Of a stretch of DNA of 64,000 nt, positions 38,798-49,486 are shown piece by piece. Below the pieces are notes generated by a model, which saw only the letters and a list, made by a program, of their open reading frames with translations, was not told where the DNA came from and searched no databases. Each line of letters starts with the position of its first letter. Position 1 is the stretch's first letter. The translations under genes were made by a program, and so were the position numbers. The DNA is taken from NCBI GenBank assembly GCA_963712275.1, contig CAVQHD010000001.1, forward strand, positions 1,088,001 through 1,152,000. The letters run 5' to 3'. This stretch comes from an uncultured Rhabdochlamydiaceae bacterium. Its GTDB lineage: Bacteria; Chlamydiota; Chlamydiia; Chlamydiales; Rhabdochlamydiaceae.

Positions 38798-39831
38798 CTT
38801 AATTGAAGTTTTGCAATTTTCTCTTCTAATTGTCTGACTTGGACTGCAAGTTTGCGGATGTTTTTAAGGTGGACTTGATCCCGCTGATGTTCTGAAAGAG
38901 CAATAGCGGGATTGCCTCCAAACTTGCCAGGAGAGGTAATCGATTTTTTGATGCCACTACGGGCTGCAAATAAGGCTCCTGAAGAGATTTCAATATGGCC
39001 AACAGTTCCTGTTTGCCCTCCCATGACAACATATTTTCCAGTTTTAACAGAGCCGGAGATTCCTGTTTGAGAGACGATGAGGTTGTGGGCTCCCAGACAG
39101 ACGTTATGGGCGATTTGGACGAGATTATCGATTTTCGTGCCTTGAGAGATGCGGGTTTCTTTAAAGCGAGCTCGATCAATAGTTGTATTAGCCCCAATTT
39201 CGACGTCATCTTCAAGGACAACAATTCCTAATTGTTCTTGTTTTTGGTGTCTTCCTTGAGCATCGGTCGAGTAGCCAAAACCGCATGAGCCGATGACAGC
39301 CCCTGGTTGTAAAATGACGCGGTGGCCAAGGCGGCACCCTTCTCGGACTGTTGTGTGAGGATAGAGATGGCACTCTTCGCCCACAATGACTCCTGCGCAA
39401 AGGACCACGTGAGGCCCGATGATGCTTCCTCGTCCAATTTGGCATTGTGCGTCAATGACGGCATAAGGTCCGATGGTAACGTCGGATGCAAGGGAGGCAG
39501 AAGGGTGGATGACAGCTGTGGGGTGAATCGCGGTAAACCCAGAGGAGGGAAATCGACTTTTCCCGAAAAGTTCGACTAGTTTTTGAAATGTTTTAGAGGG
39601 ATCGGAAGAGATGAGATAATTTTTCCCTTGGACACGGTCGGTCATGGGATCAATGCAAACCACCCCGGCTTTTGTTGTTTCTAGGAAAGAACGGTACCGG
39701 GGATTTGAAAGAAAGGAAGCATCCGAGCTGCCGGCAGACTCAAGGTCTTCGACTCCGGAGACCAGATGATCAGGAATTCCTATCAGCTCAGATGCTGTTA
39801 GCTCAGCGAGCTCTTGGATGCTTTTCTGCAT
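38794..39831 (-). CDS. lpxD: UDP-3-O-acylglucosamine N-acyltransferase
   Basis: Hexapeptide repeats with IGSCGFGY, EIGANTTIDR and KIDNLVQIAHN. Confidence 0.97.
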   Translation of the reverse strand: MQKSIQELAELTASELIGIPDHLVSGVEDLESAGSSDASFLSNPRYRSFLETTKAGVVCIDPMTDRVQGKNYLISSDPSKTFQKLVELFGKSRFPSSGFTAIHPTAVIHPSASLASDVTIGPYAVIDAQCQIGRGSIIGPHVVLCAGVIVGEECHLYPHTTVREGCRLGHRVILQPGAVIGSCGFGYSTDAQGRHQKQEQLGIVVLEDDVEIGANTTIDRARFKETRISQGTKIDNLVQIAHNVCLGAHNLIVSQTGISGSVKTGKYVVMGGQTGTVGHIEISSGALFAARSGIKKSITSPGKFGGNPAIALSEHQRDQVHLKNIRKLAVQVRQLEEKIAKLQLS

Positions 39832-40397
39832 TACTTTTTCTCAATTTCTTCAGGCTTAGGAGCGGAAGCGGTTTGTTTTTTTGCTTCTTCATCAAAATGG
39901 CTATCCATTTCTTTGAGGATCTCAGAGGTGATATCTCGAGAAGGAGCGTAAGAAAAACAGGCTTCTTTATTGAGGATGAAATCGTACCCTTTTTTAGAGG
40001 CAATTTGGTCTGCCGCATGGTTGATTCCACCGACGACTGTTTGCATAATTTTATACTGCCCCTGATTCATGAATTGGTAGTATTGTTGTTGATACCGTCC
40101 GAGTTCTTCGTGCAGTTGCGCAAATTTAGTTTTCATCGACTCTTCGGCCTCTTTAGAAAGGCCGTCAAGATAGTCTTTATCTTGAAGCTTGTCTGAAATT
40201 TCACGCATTTGTTTGTCGGTGTCTTCAACAAGTGTGACAAGTTGTTTACGCATTGTTTCAAAGGCGTTTTGTTCTTGTTTCCCAAGCTTTGACTCAGCAA
40301 CGCAGGTTTGAAAATTGACAATTCCTATCTTCTGCTCTGCGGCACACAGCTGAAGAGAAAGACAGGTGACAGTTAAAAAGGTTAATAATTTTTTCAT
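39831..40397 (-). CDS. skp: Periplasmic chaperone Skp/OmpH
   Basis: Signal peptide, KIGIVN, coiled-coil body and DITSEI; lies between bamA and lpxD. Confidence 0.92.
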   Translation of the reverse strand: MKKLLTFLTVTCLSLQLCAAEQKIGIVNFQTCVAESKLGKQEQNAFETMRKQLVTLVEDTDKQMREISDKLQDKDYLDGLSKEAEESMKTKFAQLHEELGRYQQQYYQFMNQGQYKIMQTVVGGINHAADQIASKKGYDFILNKEACFSYAPSRDITSEILKEMDSHFDEEAKKQTASAPKPEEIEKK

Positions 40398-40418
40398 ATG
40401 TTCTCCTATAATTGATGT

Positions 40419-42785
40419 TTAAAAGTGTCCTCCCATTGAGAAGAAGACTTTTTGTACTTGACTATGATGTCTTGGGTTAACGGGAAATCCAATCCCAACG
40501 GTAATCGGCATTCGGTTCATCACTTCAACTCGAACGCCTACTCCATAACTCATTTGGTATCCATTAATATGAAATTTTTTCAGAGAAATGGCTCCTGCAT
40601 CAATGAAACCAAACAGATCGAGGATGGAGAAAATCTCTTGCAAATATTCAATGGATAAAATCGAAGAGGTGATTCCTCCTGTGGGATCGCCATTGTGATA
40701 GTGATCTCCTAAATCAAACGCTTTGTAACCCCGAACAGAGTTTTCGCCCCCGATGAAGAATCTTTCGCCTAAAGGCAGGTCTTGTGCTCCGCTTGTCCAC
40801 CAAATGGGTTGGATAAAGCGGGCTTCCCACCGATACTTCATGATGCCGCGGCGCCAAAGTTGTTGGTACAAGCTGTTCACATAGCTGTATTTGAGAAATG
40901 AAAAGTTTCCTCCAACACCTGCAAACTCCGCTTCCATTAAAGATCGAAATCCGTTGTGGGGTTTTGTAATATGATCCGTTGAGTCAAAATTGAGGGAAAG
41001 AGAGACTGCAGAGATGTTCCCTTTTTCTTTGCCTGCTTTCCTTTCTTGACGGCTTGCTCCATGGAAGACGTCGGTTTTGGTGTGTTTTGCTCGGTATTTT
41101 GTTCCGAGGGTCCAGTAAGGAGTGAGAGGGTAGGAGGCAAATAAACTTCCGCCAACAGAATCAATCTCGTATTTTTTAGCTTGGAGTTGGCTTTGGCTTA
41201 CAAAGGCCTCAAAGCCGACACGCCAGAGGGTGTCTCGAAAGTAAGGGGTGAGCCATGAAATTAGGTAAGTTCGTTGTTTAGATCCAAGTTGAACCTTCGC
41301 ATGGGCATATTCTCCGCCGCCGCGAAGGGCTGAGGGGCCTTGCTTGGGAAGTTTCCTGATGCCTTTGTAGTTGAAGTTGGTTTCGGTGATATCAAGACCG
41401 CCAAAAACGCCGTCACCGGAACTGAGTCCAAAGAAAAGACTTGCATGTCCTGTAGGGGCTTCTTCGACTTCAATATAGATATCTCGGTAGTGATCTCCAA
41501 GAATTTGGTCATCTTGCGTCCGCACAGGGTAGACATTGACATTTTTAAAATATCCCATGTTTTGAAGCCGTTCTTGAGTTGCCTTTAGCCTGACTGAGTC
41601 AAAAGTTTCTCCAGGTGTTAAAAGCGACTCGCGTAGGATCACATGAGTTTTTGTTTGTTCATTCCCAAAAATACGGATGAGTCCAATTTTATATTGAGCC
41701 CCTTCTTCGATTTCATAATGAACTTTGTAGATAGGTTGGTCGATGGCAGGCTGGGTTTCATAATGGACATGGGTATCGATGTACCCTTTTCGTCCATAAA
41801 GATCTTTAATTGCATCTGCGGTTGCTCGAAGCTTTTCAGGGGAAAAGAGTTCTTCAGGGTGGACTAAAAATACTTTTTCGATTTCTTCGTTTGTAAAAAG
41901 AGTATTTCCTTGGAAAGAGACCTGTCCTAAACGGAAAAGGGGGCCTCGCTGTGCGGTCAAAGTGATGACAACGCGCCCTTCTTTTTCTGCATTGGTAATT
42001 TGGAGGTCTACTTGAGCGTCTCCATACCCTTCGTTTTGAAGGAGGTTGAGAATGGTTAAACGATCTTGTTCAATGGCTTCTTCTTGTAAAATTCCATTTC
42101 CTGTGATCCAGCTTGTGAAAAAATTATATTTTTTTGTATGGATCATCTCTAGAATTTTACTTTTTTCTTTACGTGTAAAGCCGCTGAAGATGATCTCATC
42201 CACAAGACCGGCACGCCCTTCAATCACATGAATGGCAATATCGACCTGGTTGGTATCGGGAATTGGCATAATTGAGTAAGAAAGTTGGGATTCAAAATAT
42301 CCCTTTTTGACATAGTATTCTTTGACTTTGCTAAATTGCTTATTGAAAGTGGTTCGGTTAAAAATTTTATGTCCTTTCATTCCCAGTTCGCTTCGAAGTG
42401 TACTGCTTTTAATATGGCTGTTGCCACTCCAGGTAATTTCTCGAATCGTAGGGCGAAGCCACACTTTTAAGGTGACAGAGACATGGCTGCCTTGAGTTTT
42501 GACTTGAGGTTCCACACGGTCATATTCATCGGCCAGTGTTTTCAAATCGGAGTCAAAAATAGCAGGAGAAAATGGGTCTCCGACCTTTGTTTTTAATTTC
42601 TCAAGAACAGGCTTAGGATCAAACGAGGCGCCTAAAGGAAGATTTTCAACTTGAATATCTACGCGTTCGACATGTTGATTTTCCAACATATCAGAGGAGG
42701 GGCTGAACTCTGGAAAAAGATCGAATGGTTGGCACGTCAACAAGAAGAGAGAAGAAAAAGCAATAATTTTTTTTATACTCGGCAT
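40419..42785 (-). CDS. bamA: Outer membrane protein assembly factor BamA
   Basis: POTRA repeats, VRGY motif and terminal Phe; probable start MPSIKK at 42785. Confidence 0.96.
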   Translation of the reverse strand: MPSIKKIIAFSSLFLLTCQPFDLFPEFSPSSDMLENQHVERVDIQVENLPLGASFDPKPVLEKLKTKVGDPFSPAIFDSDLKTLADEYDRVEPQVKTQGSHVSVTLKVWLRPTIREITWSGNSHIKSSTLRSELGMKGHKIFNRTTFNKQFSKVKEYYVKKGYFESQLSYSIMPIPDTNQVDIAIHVIEGRAGLVDEIIFSGFTRKEKSKILEMIHTKKYNFFTSWITGNGILQEEAIEQDRLTILNLLQNEGYGDAQVDLQITNAEKEGRVVITLTAQRGPLFRLGQVSFQGNTLFTNEEIEKVFLVHPEELFSPEKLRATADAIKDLYGRKGYIDTHVHYETQPAIDQPIYKVHYEIEEGAQYKIGLIRIFGNEQTKTHVILRESLLTPGETFDSVRLKATQERLQNMGYFKNVNVYPVRTQDDQILGDHYRDIYIEVEEAPTGHASLFFGLSSGDGVFGGLDITETNFNYKGIRKLPKQGPSALRGGGEYAHAKVQLGSKQRTYLISWLTPYFRDTLWRVGFEAFVSQSQLQAKKYEIDSVGGSLFASYPLTPYWTLGTKYRAKHTKTDVFHGASRQERKAGKEKGNISAVSLSLNFDSTDHITKPHNGFRSLMEAEFAGVGGNFSFLKYSYVNSLYQQLWRRGIMKYRWEARFIQPIWWTSGAQDLPLGERFFIGGENSVRGYKAFDLGDHYHNGDPTGGITSSILSIEYLQEIFSILDLFGFIDAGAISLKKFHINGYQMSYGVGVRVEVMNRMPITVGIGFPVNPRHHSQVQKVFFSMGGHF

Positions 42786-42801
42786 ACGATCCTGCTTAAA
42801 G

Positions 42802-42821
42802 AGGGTGTTTGCAAACACCCT
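42802..42821. repeat. Loopless 20-bp palindrome
   Basis: AGGGTGTTTGCAAACACCCT; shares the TGTTTGCAAACA core with 44883-44904. Confidence 0.6.
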
Positions 42822-42890
42822 TAAGAAGAGCGAGTATAAAAAAAGATATGGAAATATGCAATGATGTTGTGTTTGTTCCCTCGAATCTTC

Positions 42891-42919
42891 TTGCAATTTG
42901 CTCATTTAACCTGTATACT
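42891..42919 (+). promoter_or_regulatory. Candidate sigma70-type promoter of the Rpn gene
   Basis: TTGCAA-17 bp-TATACT, 25 bp upstream of the ATG at 42945. Confidence 0.55.
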
Positions 42920-42944
42920 TTTTTCCAGAACAAAGGATATGTTC

Positions 42945-44000
42945 ATGCTATCTAAATACTTAGATCCTAGAAATGACTTGGCGTTTAAGAAAGTATTTGG
43001 TGCTAAAAAGCACAAACGGATTCCAATCGATTTTCTGAATGCTGTATTCCATCTTGAGGGAGAACACAAAATCGTTGATCTAGAGTTTTTGGATGCACGG
43101 CAGCCGCCTGAGATTGAGGCGAGAAAAGAGAGTATTGTTGATGTGCTGGTGCGGGATCAGCGGGGTATAAAGTTTATTGTTGAGATGCAGGTTGCCAAAG
43201 TCGAGGGCTTTGAGAAAAGAGCTCAATATTATGCGGCAAAAACGTATTGCGCTCACTTTGGGCCTGGGCATAAGTACTATGACCTGACTAAGGTGATTTT
43301 TCTTGCAATCACTGACTATGTTGTCTTTCCAAATAAAGAGCGGTATAAGTCTGATCACATTATTTTGGATAACTCATCTTATGAGCATGATTTAAAGGAT
43401 TTTTCATTTACTTTTGTTGAGCTTCCTAAATTTAATAAAAAACTTGATGAGTTAAAGACTCTTGAAGATCGGTGGTATTACTTCTTAAAGCACTCAAATG
43501 AGAATGATGCGACTTACGATGTTCTAGCTCAACATTCCGAAATCCAAGAAGCCTACGACGTGCTAAATCGAGCCGGCTGGACTGAAGCTGAGCTTCAATG
43601 GTATGACAAGCTTGTCATGGATGCTGCAGATGCGCAAGGTATCATCGATGCCGCAAAAAAAGATGCTCTTGAAGAAGGAAGGCGAGAAGGAAGGCAAGCT
43701 GGTTTGCAGGAGGGAAGAGAAGTAGGCCTGCAGGAGGGAAGAGAAGTTGGTCTGCAGGAAGGGAAAGAAGCTGGTTTGCAGGCAGGCTTGGAGGAGGGGA
43801 AACGAACTGGCTTGCAGGAGGGCATTTTAAAAGGCATCCTAGAAGGCAAGCTGGAGGGCAAGCTGGAGGGCAAAAAGGAAAAGTCTTTAGAAATTGCTCA
43901 TGCCATGCTTAAGGAAGGCTTGCCTCTTTCACAGATTTCTAAGTTGACAGAGCTAACGGAAGAAGAGATCTCCACCCTTGTAAGCCTTAGAAACTCTTAA
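42945..44000 (+). CDS. Rpn-family recombination-promoting nuclease / PD-(D/E)XK putative transposase
   Basis: LDPRNDLAFKKVFG, SIVDVLV..FIVEMQ, KRAQYYAAK and FVELPKF motifs; EG-rich repeats; C-terminal IAHAMLKEGLPLSQISKLTEL. Confidence 0.92.
   Translation: MLSKYLDPRNDLAFKKVFGAKKHKRIPIDFLNAVFHLEGEHKIVDLEFLDARQPPEIEARKESIVDVLVRDQRGIKFIVEMQVAKVEGFEKRAQYYAAKTYCAHFGPGHKYYDLTKVIFLAITDYVVFPNKERYKSDHIILDNSSYEHDLKDFSFTFVELPKFNKKLDELKTLEDRWYYFLKHSNENDATYDVLAQHSEIQEAYDVLNRAGWTEAELQWYDKLVMDAADAQGIIDAAKKDALEEGRREGRQAGLQEGREVGLQEGREVGLQEGKEAGLQAGLEEGKRTGLQEGILKGILEGKLEGKLEGKKEKSLEIAHAMLKEGLPLSQISKLTELTEEEISTLVSLRNS
43671..43875 (+). repeat. 12/24-bp coding tandem repeats (GLQEGREV-type) in Rpn
   Basis: TGCAGGAGGGAAGAGAAGT and GGCAAGCTGGAG units are repeated. 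Confidence 0.8.
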
Positions 44001-44028
44001 CAGCTTCTTAGAGCTCCCTCTCTAATCT

Positions 44029-44628
44029 TTAAAATACTTGCCGTCCTACAAAAGCTCTTAAGAGAGAAGTGCCGTCGACATAATCTAAAGGGCTTCCGAT
44101 GGGGATCCCAAAGGCAAGTCGAGAAACTGCAGTGCCATGTTCTGCTATTTTTTCTTTTAAATAGAGAGCTGTTGCATCTCCTTCTAGAGTTGAATCAAGC
44201 GCAATAATGACCTCCCGGATGGGAAGGGTTTTAAATCGCTCGAACAAAGGGGAGAGGTTGAGCTGCTCAACACTTCGTCCATCCATAGGAGATAGAAGAG
44301 ATCCGAGTACGTGATAAAGGCCTTTATAAGCATGGGTTTCTTCGATCGAATAGGCATCTTTAGGGTTGGCAATGATACAAAGAAGTGAAAGATCTCGGTG
44401 TTTTGAGTCGCAAAATTCACAACCATCAGGGCTCGATAAACAATGACATTTAGGGCAGTGGAGCACTTGTTCCTTTAAGGTGGAAAGAAGAGAGGAAATA
44501 TGAAAAAGAGCTTCTTGGGGCCAATCAATTAAATGAAAAGCAAAACGTTCAGCTGTTTTTGTTCCAACTCCTGGTAGGAATTTAAGAGAGGCAATCAGTT
44601 GATCAAGGGCTGGCGGGTATTTTGACAT
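44029..44628 (-). CDS. recR: Recombination mediator RecR
   Basis: LPGVGTKTAERFAFH, C4 zinc finger, YHVLGSLLSP and EGDATALY motifs. Confidence 0.96.
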   Translation of the reverse strand: MSKYPPALDQLIASLKFLPGVGTKTAERFAFHLIDWPQEALFHISSLLSTLKEQVLHCPKCHCLSSPDGCEFCDSKHRDLSLLCIIANPKDAYSIEETHAYKGLYHVLGSLLSPMDGRSVEQLNLSPLFERFKTLPIREVIIALDSTLEGDATALYLKEKIAEHGTAVSRLAFGIPIGSPLDYVDGTSLLRAFVGRQVF

Positions 44629-44718
44629 CAGTTGCAAATATATCGCGAATATAGAGCGATTTCAAGTTGAAAAATAACCAACATTTAGAAATAACTATGG
44701 ATGAGGGTGCAAAGTTTA

Positions 44719-44879
44719 GAAGCTATCCTAAAACTCAGTTTCTGTCGATTTTTGGGTTTTTTTGGCCAATTTTCGCTTTATTTGGTAGGGGTAATATACG
44801 AAGTTGATATTACCCCTACCAAATAAAGCGAAAATTGGCTCAAAAAAGAGACGAAATCTGAGTTTTAGGACACAGCTTC
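44719..44879. mobile_element. Palindromic MITE-like element family P2, copy 2
   Basis: GAAGCTATCCTAAAACTCAG...CTGAGTTTTAGGACACAGCTTC flanked by TTA on both sides; same inner stem and loop as 26852-27021. Confidence 0.87.
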
Positions 44880-44882
44880 TTA

Positions 44883-44904
44883 GAAGCTGTTTGCAAACAG
44901 CTTC
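44883..44904. repeat. Collapsed mini-element with P2 ends
   Basis: Perfect 22-bp palindrome GAAGCTGTTTGCAAACAGCTTC between TTA and TAA, abutting P2 copy 2. Confidence 0.7.
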
Positions 44905-44984
44905 TAATCCCGACCGCTAATAAAATCCTACACAGGATTTCATTACTATGTTAAGGTTTTTCCCATCCTCCAAGGAAAAGTTGT

Positions 44985-45617
44985 ATGAAAGGATTAGAAT
45001 CAGGAAAAGAGAAGATTAAAAAAATTTGTGAAGAGCTCAAACGGGAGACGTTAGAGCCTGCTCAAATGGAAGCTGAAAAGATTGTTGAGGCGGCACGCTT
45101 TCTCGCAGATGAGATTGTTGCAAAGGCACATCATCAGATCAAAGAAATGCATGAAAAGGCCCATCGAGAAATTGAGCAGCAAAAGGCAATTTTTCAAGCC
45201 TCCCTTTCCCATGCCTGCCGTCAAACACTTGAAGCATTAAAGGAAAAGATCGAGCATAAACTATTTAACCCAGAGATTGCACGCTTATTGGAGACGCCGC
45301 TTCAAGAAGCTAAAGTTGTTGCAAAATTGATAGAGGCGGCTGTGCAGGCAATTGAGAAGGAAGGGATCGAAGCAGATTTAAGTGTAGCGATCTCTTCTGC
45401 GACTCCTGCTCGGGAAGTGAATGAGCTTCTTGCTGCTAAGATTCTTCAGAAACTCAAAGAAAAAAGCGTCCTTTTAAGCTCAATAGGTGGGGGAATTGAG
45501 GTTAAGCTGGTTGGTCAAAATATGACAATTGCTTTATCTGATACGACATTTACAGAACTTGTTGCAGACTATGTCCGTGAAGATTTTCGTCGATTCGTGC
45601 TTAGTGCCCATCAATGA
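44985..45617 (+). CDS. atpE: V-type ATP synthase subunit E
   Basis: N-terminal coiled coil (KIKKICEELKRETLEPA); first gene of the V-ATPase operon. Confidence 0.9.
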   Translation: MKGLESGKEKIKKICEELKRETLEPAQMEAEKIVEAARFLADEIVAKAHHQIKEMHEKAHREIEQQKAIFQASLSHACRQTLEALKEKIEHKLFNPEIARLLETPLQEAKVVAKLIEAAVQAIEKEGIEADLSVAISSATPAREVNELLAAKILQKLKEKSVLLSSIGGGIEVKLVGQNMTIALSDTTFTELVADYVREDFRRFVLSAHQ

Positions 45618-46384
45618 ATTATTATTTTCTCGCAGCTTCGCTTCCCCCGCTTGTGTTAGGTGAGAGAGTCGATTTAACATTTGATGAGCTCATCGCGCGC
45701 ATTCAAATGAATGTTGGAGGCGAAGATTTAGAAAAAACCGTCGTTTTTCGACGATGGATTGACCTCAATAACATTCGCTCTCTGTATTTGGAAGATACGA
45801 TAGACTCCAAGGGCAATTTAGATGAGAAACAGCTCGATCAAGCCCTTCTTTTACAGGAGGATCTTCCTGAATATGTATTTGATTTCTTGAATCGATTTGA
45901 AACGACAGAGCAAAAACTCCGGTTTTTTTCAGGGATTTTCTCAACTTATTTTCAAGAGGAAATATCAAAGCAAAAGGGGTTTCTTAAAAGATATCTAACG
46001 TTTGAGAGAGACTGGCGTCTTGTCATCATGGCAATTAAAGCTAAAGAGCTCAGGCATGACCTGATCTACGAACTTCAATTTGAAGATGGGAAAGATCCTT
46101 TTATTGCCCATATTCTTGCGCAAAAAGATGCAGTTTCCTATGAGCCGCCGCTTGAATTTGTTTCACTCAAGGAAAAATATTTTTCATGTGGACCAGACCC
46201 TTGGCAACAGTTTAGAATGATCTCTTCTTGGAGATTTAAACAAATCGAGGAGCTTGTGGAAGAACCTCTATTTTCGATCGATTGGATCTTAGCTTATATG
46301 GCTAGGCTACTCATTGTAGAGCAGTGGAATGAGCTTGCCCCGACGAAGGGAGAAATTATTCTTGAAGCATTTGTAGGTAATTAA
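45614..46384 (+). CDS. V-type ATPase subunit C-like protein (DUF2764 type)
   Basis: YYFLAASLPPL and FSIDWILAY motifs; lies between subunits E and A. Confidence 0.8.
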   Translation: MNYYFLAASLPPLVLGERVDLTFDELIARIQMNVGGEDLEKTVVFRRWIDLNNIRSLYLEDTIDSKGNLDEKQLDQALLLQEDLPEYVFDFLNRFETTEQKLRFFSGIFSTYFQEEISKQKGFLKRYLTFERDWRLVIMAIKAKELRHDLIYELQFEDGKDPFIAHILAQKDAVSYEPPLEFVSLKEKYFSCGPDPWQQFRMISSWRFKQIEELVEEPLFSIDWILAYMARLLIVEQWNELAPTKGEIILEAFVGN

Positions 46385-46385
46385 A

Positions 46386-48152
46386 ATGAAAAACATCGCA
46401 ACTGGAAAAGTCGTTAAAGCATTTGGAAACTTGCTTCATGTCGCTTTTGAAGGAAATATTCGTCAAGGGGAAACGGCTATTATTAAATTAGGGGCACTCC
46501 AATTGAAAGGAGAAGTTATTGAGATTGCAGGTCAAGAAGCAAAAGTGCAGGTATTTGAGGATACATGGGGCATTAAGCTAGGAACCCTTGTTGAGTTTAA
46601 TGGGCATTTGCTCGAAGCGGAGCTTGGACCTGGTCTTTTAGGGTTAATTGTCGATGGACTGCAAAATCCGCTTGAAAAGGTTGCGGATGTAACAGGTCTT
46701 TTTTTATCGCGGGGAGTTTATCTGCAGCCCCTCGATCGAACTCGTCATTGGGATTTTCATCCAACTGCACAAATAGGAAAGGTTGTGCGGCGAGGGGATG
46801 AGCTTGGCTATACGATGGAAGGAAGGTTTCATCATCGGATCATGGTCCCTTTCAGCTTTTCTGGGGAATATACGATAAGTTGGGTTGCAAAATCAGGCAG
46901 CTATACAATCGATACTGTCATCGCGAAAGCATCCGATGTGAAAGGGCATGAATACCATTGGACAATGGTTCAAAGATGGCCCGTGAAAATTCCTCTCAAG
47001 GTTGGAGAAAAAGTCAAAGCAACGCAGATGATGGATACTGGAGAAAGGATTATCGATACCCAGTTTCCAATCTTGAAAGGAGGAACGTTTTGTTCTCCAG
47101 GCCCTTTTGGAGCTGGAAAAACAGTGCTCCAGCACCATCTTGCTAAATATTCAGCGGTCGATATTGTCGTTGTCGTTGCTTGCGGCGAGCGGGCAGGAGA
47201 AGTAGTCGAAGTGCTCCGTACTTTTCCTCATCTCACAGATCCTCATACGAATGACCCCCTGATGCATCGAACGGTGATCATCTGCAACACTTCTTCTATG
47301 CCTGTGGCTGCCCGCGAAGCTTCGATTTATATGGGCGCGACGATTGCAGAGTATTATCGGCAGATGGGACTTGATATTTTGCTTCTTGCCGATTCCACAT
47401 CGAGGTGGGCTCAAGCCATGCGAGAGATGTCAGGACGTCTGGAGGAGATTCCAGGCGAAGAGGCCTTCCCTGCATATCTATCTTCCAGAATCGCCGCTTT
47501 CTACGAAAGATCAGGAGTTCTACAGCTTGCAAATGGCTCGACCGGATCCTTGACTATTGGAGGCACTGTATCGCCTGCAGGCGGAAACTTTGAAGAACCG
47601 GTGACGCAGGCTACACTGATCGTTGTGGGAGCTTTTATCGCTCTTTTAAAGGCTCGTTCAGATGCCAGACGGTATCCGGCAATAGATCCTCTCATCTCTT
47701 GGAGCAAATATGTAGACGATGTCGGTCATCAGTTGGATGCTCAGATAGAGGGGTGGGGCAGGCGGGTGAAGCATGCAGCTCAAATTCTACGGGAAGGGGA
47801 TGAGATTGGAAAACGAATGGAGGTTGTTGGCGAAGAAGGGATCACACTTCATGATATCATTACCTATCTGAAGTCGGAGCTATATGAATTTGCTTATTTA
47901 CAACAAAATGCATTTGATAAAGAAGATGCTTATTGTCCTCTTCCTAGGCAAATTCCCCTCTTTCTCTTAATTAGCCATATTTTTGAGACCCCGTTCCAAT
48001 TTGAGGAACATGATGCCGCACGATCATTTTTCCTTGACCTTCAAAATGAGCTTAAGAATATGAATTTTATGCCGTTCAAATCGGAGCGATATGAGAAGGC
48101 ATATGGTAGAATTCAAGAAAAAATTCAAGCCGCAGGGAAAGGAATCTCATGA
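46386..48152 (+). CDS. atpA: V-type ATP synthase subunit A
   Basis: [24 protein letters not shown] and DSTSRWAQA motifs. Confidence 0.98.
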   Translation: MKNIATGKVVKAFGNLLHVAFEGNIRQGETAIIKLGALQLKGEVIEIAGQEAKVQVFEDTWGIKLGTLVEFNGHLLEAELGPGLLGLIVDGLQNPLEKVADVTGLFLSRGVYLQPLDRTRHWDFHPTAQIGKVVRRGDELGYTMEGRFHHRIMVPFSFSGEYTISWVAKSGSYTIDTVIAKASDVKGHEYHWTMVQRWPVKIPLKVGEKVKATQMMDTGERIIDTQFPILKGGTFCSPGPFGAGKTVLQHHLAKYSAVDIVVVVACGERAGEVVEVLRTFPHLTDPHTNDPLMHRTVIICNTSSMPVAAREASIYMGATIAEYYRQMGLDILLLADSTSRWAQAMREMSGRLEEIPGEEAFPAYLSSRIAAFYERSGVLQLANGSTGSLTIGGTVSPAGGNFEEPVTQATLIVVGAFIALLKARSDARRYPAIDPLISWSKYVDDVGHQLDAQIEGWGRRVKHAAQILREGDEIGKRMEVVGEEGITLHDIITYLKSELYEFAYLQQNAFDKEDAYCPLPRQIPLFLLISHIFETPFQFEEHDAARSFFLDLQNELKNMNFMPFKSERYEKAYGRIQEKIQAAGKGIS

Positions 48153-49486
48153 AGAAGATCTACGACCGAATTGTCGATATGAGAGGAAATCTTCTGACTG
48201 TTATCGCACAAAATGTCAGTCTGGGCGAAATCGCACGCATTTATAAACAAAATGGTGAGACCCTCTATGCCTCTGTCCTCAGAATTGAAGGAGACAAGGT
48301 CACATTGCAGGCATTTGAAAATACTCGAGGGCTTTCAACGCACGACCAAGTCACTTTTCTTGGTAAACAGATGGAAGCTGTGTTCTCAGAGGCCCTTTTA
48401 GGGCGTCGTTTTAGTGGATCGGGTGATCCGATTGACCGCGGTCCTGCAATTATAGGAGAGCGCGTCGAAATCCATACCCCTTCCTTTAACCCTGTGCGCA
48501 GAGTGGTTCCGCATCAGCTTGTGCGAACCAATATCCCGATGATTGACGTCTTCAATTGCCTTGTCAAATCGCAAAAAATCCCTATTTTTTCAGTCGCCGG
48601 AGAACCTTATAACGCGCTGCTCATGCGGATCGCTAATCAAACGGATGTCGACGTTGTCATTATTGGGGGCATGGGCCTTCGTTTCGATGACTATCAAGCT
48701 TTTATTGAAAATGCAGAAAAGGCAGGTTCGATTGAGAAAAGTGTGATGTTTATCCATCAAGCCACAGATCCTGCTGTTGAATGCCTCCTTGTTCCCGATA
48801 TGGCACTTGCTTGCGCAGAGAAATTTGCAGTCCAAGATAAAGATGTTCTCGTCCTTCTGACAGATATGACCGCTTTTGCAGACTCGATTAAAGAGATTGC
48901 TATCACAATGGACCAAATTCCTTCGAATAGGGGATATCCAGGGTCTCTTTATTCAGACCTTGCTGCTAGATATGAGAAAGCGGTCGATATTGAAGGAAGC
49001 GGGTCGATTACGATTATTTCTGTGACCACAATGCCGGGGGGTGACGTCACTCACCCAATACCCGACAATACAGGCTACATTACGGAAGGGCAATTTTATT
49101 TGCGTCGAGGTCGGGATTCAGACGAGAGCTGGCTCGATCCGTTTGGGTCGCTCTCCAGACTTAAGCAGCAGGTGATTGGAAAAGTCACACGAGAGGATCA
49201 TGGAGATGTTGCAAATGCCCAAGTCCGTTTGTACGCCGAAGGAAGTAAAGCAAGGGAAAGGCAGGCGATGGGGTTCAAGCTATCTAGGTGGGATGAAAAG
49301 ATTTTGCATTTTTCAAGGCTTTTTGAAGAGCGCATGATGAAACTTGAGGTCAATCTTCCGCTGGAGGAGGCTTTAGATGAAGGGTGGCATACCCTTGCAG
49401 AGTGTTTCGAGCCCCAGGAAGTTGGAATCAAACAAACATTGATCGATAAATATTGGCCCAAGAAGGAATCGGCATGGCAAAACTGA
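48149..49486 (+). CDS. atpB: V-type ATP synthase subunit B
   Basis: [20 protein letters not shown] and [14 protein letters not shown] motifs. Confidence 0.98.
   Translation: MKKIYDRIVDMRGNLLTVIAQNVSLGEIARIYKQNGETLYASVLRIEGDKVTLQAFENTRGLSTHDQVTFLGKQMEAVFSEALLGRRFSGSGDPIDRGPAIIGERVEIHTPSFNPVRRVVPHQLVRTNIPMIDVFNCLVKSQKIPIFSVAGEPYNALLMRIANQTDVDVVIIGGMGLRFDDYQAFIENAEKAGSIEKSVMFIHQATDPAVECLLVPDMALACAEKFAVQDKDVLVLLTDMTAFADSIKEIAITMDQIPSNRGYPGSLYSDLAARYEKAVDIEGSGSITIISVTTMPGGDVTHPIPDNTGYITEGQFYLRRGRDSDESWLDPFGSLSRLKQQVIGKVTREDHGDVANAQVRLYAEGSKARERQAMGFKLSRWDEKILHFSRLFEERMMKLEVNLPLEEALDEGWHTLAECFEPQEVGIKQTLIDKYWPKKESAWQN

Noticed and set aside
42786..42944. Overlapping N-terminal extensions of bamA and rpn in the ORF track
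   Set aside because: Downstream ATGs with RBSs (42785 and 42945) fit the families better and remove the overlap.
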